A DNA stretch of 64,000 nucleotides. It comes from Takakia lepidozioides. Lineage: Eukaryota > Plantae > Bryophyta. The position numbers and the translations under genes were made by a program. Of the stretch, positions 60,110-64,000 are shown piece by piece. The stretch spans positions 49,848,001-49,912,000 of the forward strand of contig CM060731.1 in the NCBI GenBank assembly GCA_030704615.1. Reading direction: 5' to 3'. How positions within the stretch are numbered: position 1 is the stretch's first letter; each line of letters opens with the position of its first letter. The notes under the pieces were generated by a model. The model was not told the origin of the DNA. It saw nothing but the letters and a program-made list of their open reading frames with translations, and did no database searches.

Positions 60110-63100
60110 CACTAGAAGAAAAAACGGCTTTTTCCACGGCTCTGCCATCTCACACCTGGCACATTCCACGGCTTTTATCACGGGTCTGTACACTAAGCCA
60201 AGGTGTGGGTCTAAATATGCCCTAACTGTGGGGTGTCTCACATGTGGTCCACACCCCAGGCAAGAACGGTGTGAAAACAACCATGAGCGTGGCAGGGGTT
60301 GGCTTAGTTTACATGGCATGTTACACACCTGTGTGAAATGGGAACATACAATTAACAAAAAACACAAGAAATGGGAACATACACAAGAAGGAGCCTGTGG
60401 CCTACTTTTGGTGCCTTGCAAATTGCAATAAGAGGCTCCGATCTGTTGGCAAGAAGTACCCGTTGCTCCATGATTACTCCCTGTGGTACACATTGATTGG
60501 CCTTCCATGCCCTCTCGGATGAGCACGATGTCATGGTGATCATGGATCGAGGTGAACGAGGATATACATAGTGCCATTGACATACACCGCAATGTAGATT
60601 CATGCACTGTAGCTTCCCACAATCGTCTCATGCATGACGTTTTTGCTTCAGTTTTCAACGTTGGTACATCATAGCAATAGTAGCCATCTCAGCTTTGGTA
60701 AGGATCGTTGAAGGTCCAAATTCTGTGTTGGGATTCACATCCTCCAATGCCTCCGCCACTTGCATCCTTACGCATGACTCATTCTCACCCAAGCTGACAC
60801 CAGTGACATCATGTACCACGCGCCGTGAGCGCGGCTCCTTCTGAAGTACTACTTTCAAGTTACCAGCGTTGGAGGGCTCATCTGCAAAAAAAACTTGCTC
60901 GACTTGCCATGGAAATGTGAATGGTTCATCTCCCAGTGGCAACATGCGATCGAAGTCCACGAGTAGGAAACCATACTCATCCTTCTTCATGGTGCGGTTG
61001 CGACCTGTCAAGCTTGCTCTGACCCATTCATATATGAATACTACAGGAGTGACAGCACCATACTGAAGCTGTAAAATTTCACGAACAACACCAACATATT
61101 GCAGCTGGTTCATGACAGGGTTACCATCCACACCCCTTCCCGTTGACTCTTCGGCAAAAATCTGTGCAACCCCAGAGTCGAATGTGACATGGTAATCAAC
61201 CACACCTGTTTCCACCACTCTATAGTGATTTCCGTATGCCCACATAGACCGAAATGAACGAGCAACAAACCCTGGTGGCTTACACAAATGACGAATATTT
61301 GCATCATACGCTGCTCCTCTTGAAACAACATTTTGTACTGCCGACTGTATCCACATATGAAAAGCAGGCAAAGGCAACATGTTTTCGGGGTATGGAACGG
61401 TGCGTTGGTGTGCATTTCTCCCTTGGGTGGTGTTTGTGGCTCGAAATTCGGCTCTGGTTGATTCTATGGTGGCCTTCTCAATATCATAAAGTCTGGTCAT
61501 ACTCAATTCACACTTAGTCAGGACCATAGTATGTACAAAGAGGCTGAGTGAAAATTGAGAATGTGCCAATTTTGTGTCCGGAAATGGCCCCAGAGTTAGC
61601 ATGTGAAGCCAAATAAATGATGTATACTTACCTTAGAAACGGTCTCATGCACGCCGTGTTGTGAAGCACATAGTCGTGTGCACTAGCCCGAAGCTCAGCC
61701 GACAGTTTCCTTGGAGTTCCAAAGCCCTCTAATACTTCTCCCGCAACACTTTCTTCTTCGTTGCAATCCCAGACCCTTCTACGAGTTCCTGGAAATGCAG
61801 CCATGTACTCTGTGAGGAGGCCAAGAGCCTCATCAAGAGAATACCTCCTGGCCATGCAACCTTCTGGCCGGGCATAGCTCTTCACATATCCCTTCAAATT
61901 TTTCTCGATGGGGTACATCCAACGCGAACTAACAGGACCACAAACCTCCAGTTCATTCACAAGGTGTAGCACAAGGTGGGTCATGAGATCGAAGAATGAG
62001 GGGGGAAACTCTTTCTCCAACAAACAAAGCGTTACAACCACATCCTCTTTCAGGGCTGGTAGTTCCTCGGGATCCACTGTTTTCATGCACAATGCGCGAA
62101 ATACACGAGATAGCTTCATGATTGCGAGCCTTGGACCTTTGCCCAGCAAACCTCGAATGCACAAAGGTAGAACTTGTTGCATCAGTAGATGGTAGTCATG
62201 ACTCTTCATGTGTGAAAGCTTGTTCTTAGCAATATGCTTCTTAAATGAAGCACCATACCCTGTCGGTGTCTTTAGAGCACCCAAAGTTGCATAGAAGGTA
62301 GTAGTTTCCTGTCGATTCAACACGTAAGGAGCCTGCGGCTTCACCAACTTCCTGCCATCTCCGGGGTGGGGTTTCAACCATAAGTGAGGTCGTATGCCCT
62401 CATTCTCCATGTCCTTCCTGCTCTTTACTGTGTCATTTTCCCCCAATATGGTGCGCAATATGTTTTCAGAAATGTTTTTTTCACAGTGCATAACATCAAG
62501 GGTATACTGTATCAACAAATCCTGCAATCATGGAACCACCATCAATATGGTATACTTTGATGGTAAAGCCAAGAGATGACATCTTAATAATGGGAAAAGG
62601 AAGAAACTAGCCTTGCATGCTGCAGATAGTATCCAGAGAGACAAAGCCAGACATTTTCATGGAAACAACCATATTGCTGCTACATGTGCCATACATAGGC
62701 GACTCCAAACTTGCTTCATGCAATTTGCATTAGGCTGAAATCTAAGTCATGTGTGATGATCCTTACAACTGTATCCATGCAACTATGAAATCAGCCCTGC
62801 CGACAAACAAACAATAAAGACATACCCACCTTCCAATATGGCAGGTTCCAAAGGATCGACCTTCGCTTCATGCCATGGGATTTGGCAGGGCACACATTCC
62901 GGTGATGGTTGCCAAATGTTTCCATGAACCTCTCGTTTTCCTCCGCATTTTGGAGCTGATCCACAGTGGATACTTGGGGGGGGGGGGTGGTCTGTGATCG
63001 GAGGCTCCATTGAAGTGGTTACGATTGCGTCTATATGGATGGCCTGCTGGTAAGAATTTTTTGTGCCCCTGGTACACCATTTTGCTCAGTGCACTGGAGT

Positions 63101-64000
63101 GCCTGGCATCAAGATTGGGCCCGCACACGGGACAAGCCTTGTAGCCCCAACTGCACACCCTGCTAGCATGGCATATGCAGGATAGTCATGTACTGACCAC
63201 ATTAGAATGGCTCTCATGACAAAGGTCCTTGATCCTTCATTGCCAGATGCATCATTAGCCCTAACACCTTCCCACAACACGGTCAGCTCATCCACCAGAG
63301 GCTGCAAGAACACATCCGCATTGGTCTTCTTCACGGATGTCGGCCCTGGAATTAAGAGTGTCAACATCATAAAAAAAGGCTTTGTGCTCAGCCAAGGAGG
63401 AAGGTTGTAGTTCATGAGCAAGACTGGCCACGTAGACCATTTTGTTGATTTATCACCAAAGGGATTGATACCATCCCATGCCAGACCTAGTCGCAAGTTG
63501 CGAGGTTCAGCTGCAAAAGTAGGCCATGTATCGTCAATGTATTTCCATGCAAGGCTGTCAGGCGGGTGTCTCATCTTCCCATCTTGACTTTGGTTCTCCA
63601 TGTGCCACACCATAAGCTTAGATATCTCCTTGCACTTGTACATGCGCTGCAGCCGGGGAATCAAGGGGAAATGCTGCAAGACCTTATGTGGAACCAACGT
63701 CTTCATGCCAGGGATGTACCGAGGCGCCCCACATTTAGGGCAAGATGGTGCATCCTGCAGATCTCCCCTGTATAACACACATCCCTTCTCACAAGCATGG
63801 ATGCTATCGTAATTAAGCCCAGCTTTTGTTATAAGTTTCTTCGCTTCGTAATGAGATTTGGGCAAAAAGTTCCCTTTAGGCAATAGATGTCCGTGAAAAA
63901 GTTTCAGAAGCTCATCCATCGCTGCGTTTGTGACACCATGAGTAGCACTAACATTGAGCAAAAGCAACGTCGCACTCAAGCAGCTGGTGGGGCAGCCAAC
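60110..64000 (-). mobile_element. CACTA/En-Spm DNA transposon, 3' portion; extends beyond the window
   Basis: TIR-like terminus CACTAGAAGAAAAAAC at 60110, with transposase ORFs on the minus strand. Confidence 0.9.
60655..63979 (-). pseudogene. CACTA TnpD-like transposase (Transposase_21, DUF4218 and DUF4216-like parts), frameshifted
   Basis: IHACEKGCVLY, FAAEPRNLRLGLAWDGINPF, STWPVLLMNYNLPPW, DYPAY, LDVMHCEKN, MKSHDYH, LEKEFPPSFFDLMTHL..HL, RWMYPIE and EPF.FP.QVEQVFF. There is a frameshift near 63150. Confidence 0.9.

Overview
Eukaryotic, intron-containing land-plant nuclear DNA; the gene and transposon content looks bryophyte-like, which is inference. The left 45 kb is genic. It holds a 3-exon TPD1-like signalling peptide gene, a 9-exon SMUG1-family uracil-DNA glycosylase that the ORF track misses, five paralogous PLS-E-DYW PPR (C-to-U editing factor) genes, a duplicated His/Pro-rich micro-ORF, a BAH-domain-only ORF and an NFD4/nodulin-like MFS transporter. 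The main hidden feature is that all five PPR-DYW ORFs are preceded by homologous small exons in different states of decay: two exons that together spell an OSB-type PDF ssDNA-binding motif (LWQEFF.DP..WWDNR..K / SP.SPDF....E.LW......PPWV), plus a transit-peptide-like exon in four copies. This implies an ancestral transit peptide-PDF-PLS-DYW fusion. The first copy lies head-to-head with SMUG1. The right 19 kb is transposon-rich: a Harbinger remnant, a hAT MITE with a perfect TSD, a PATROL1-like pseudogene, a PPR fragment and a 500-N gap. After the gap come a 117-bp array of palindromes, a degenerate ParB-like plus amino-methyltransferase-like gene, a retroelement protease fragment and a CACTA element. 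Exon models were read by hand and need transcript confirmation.
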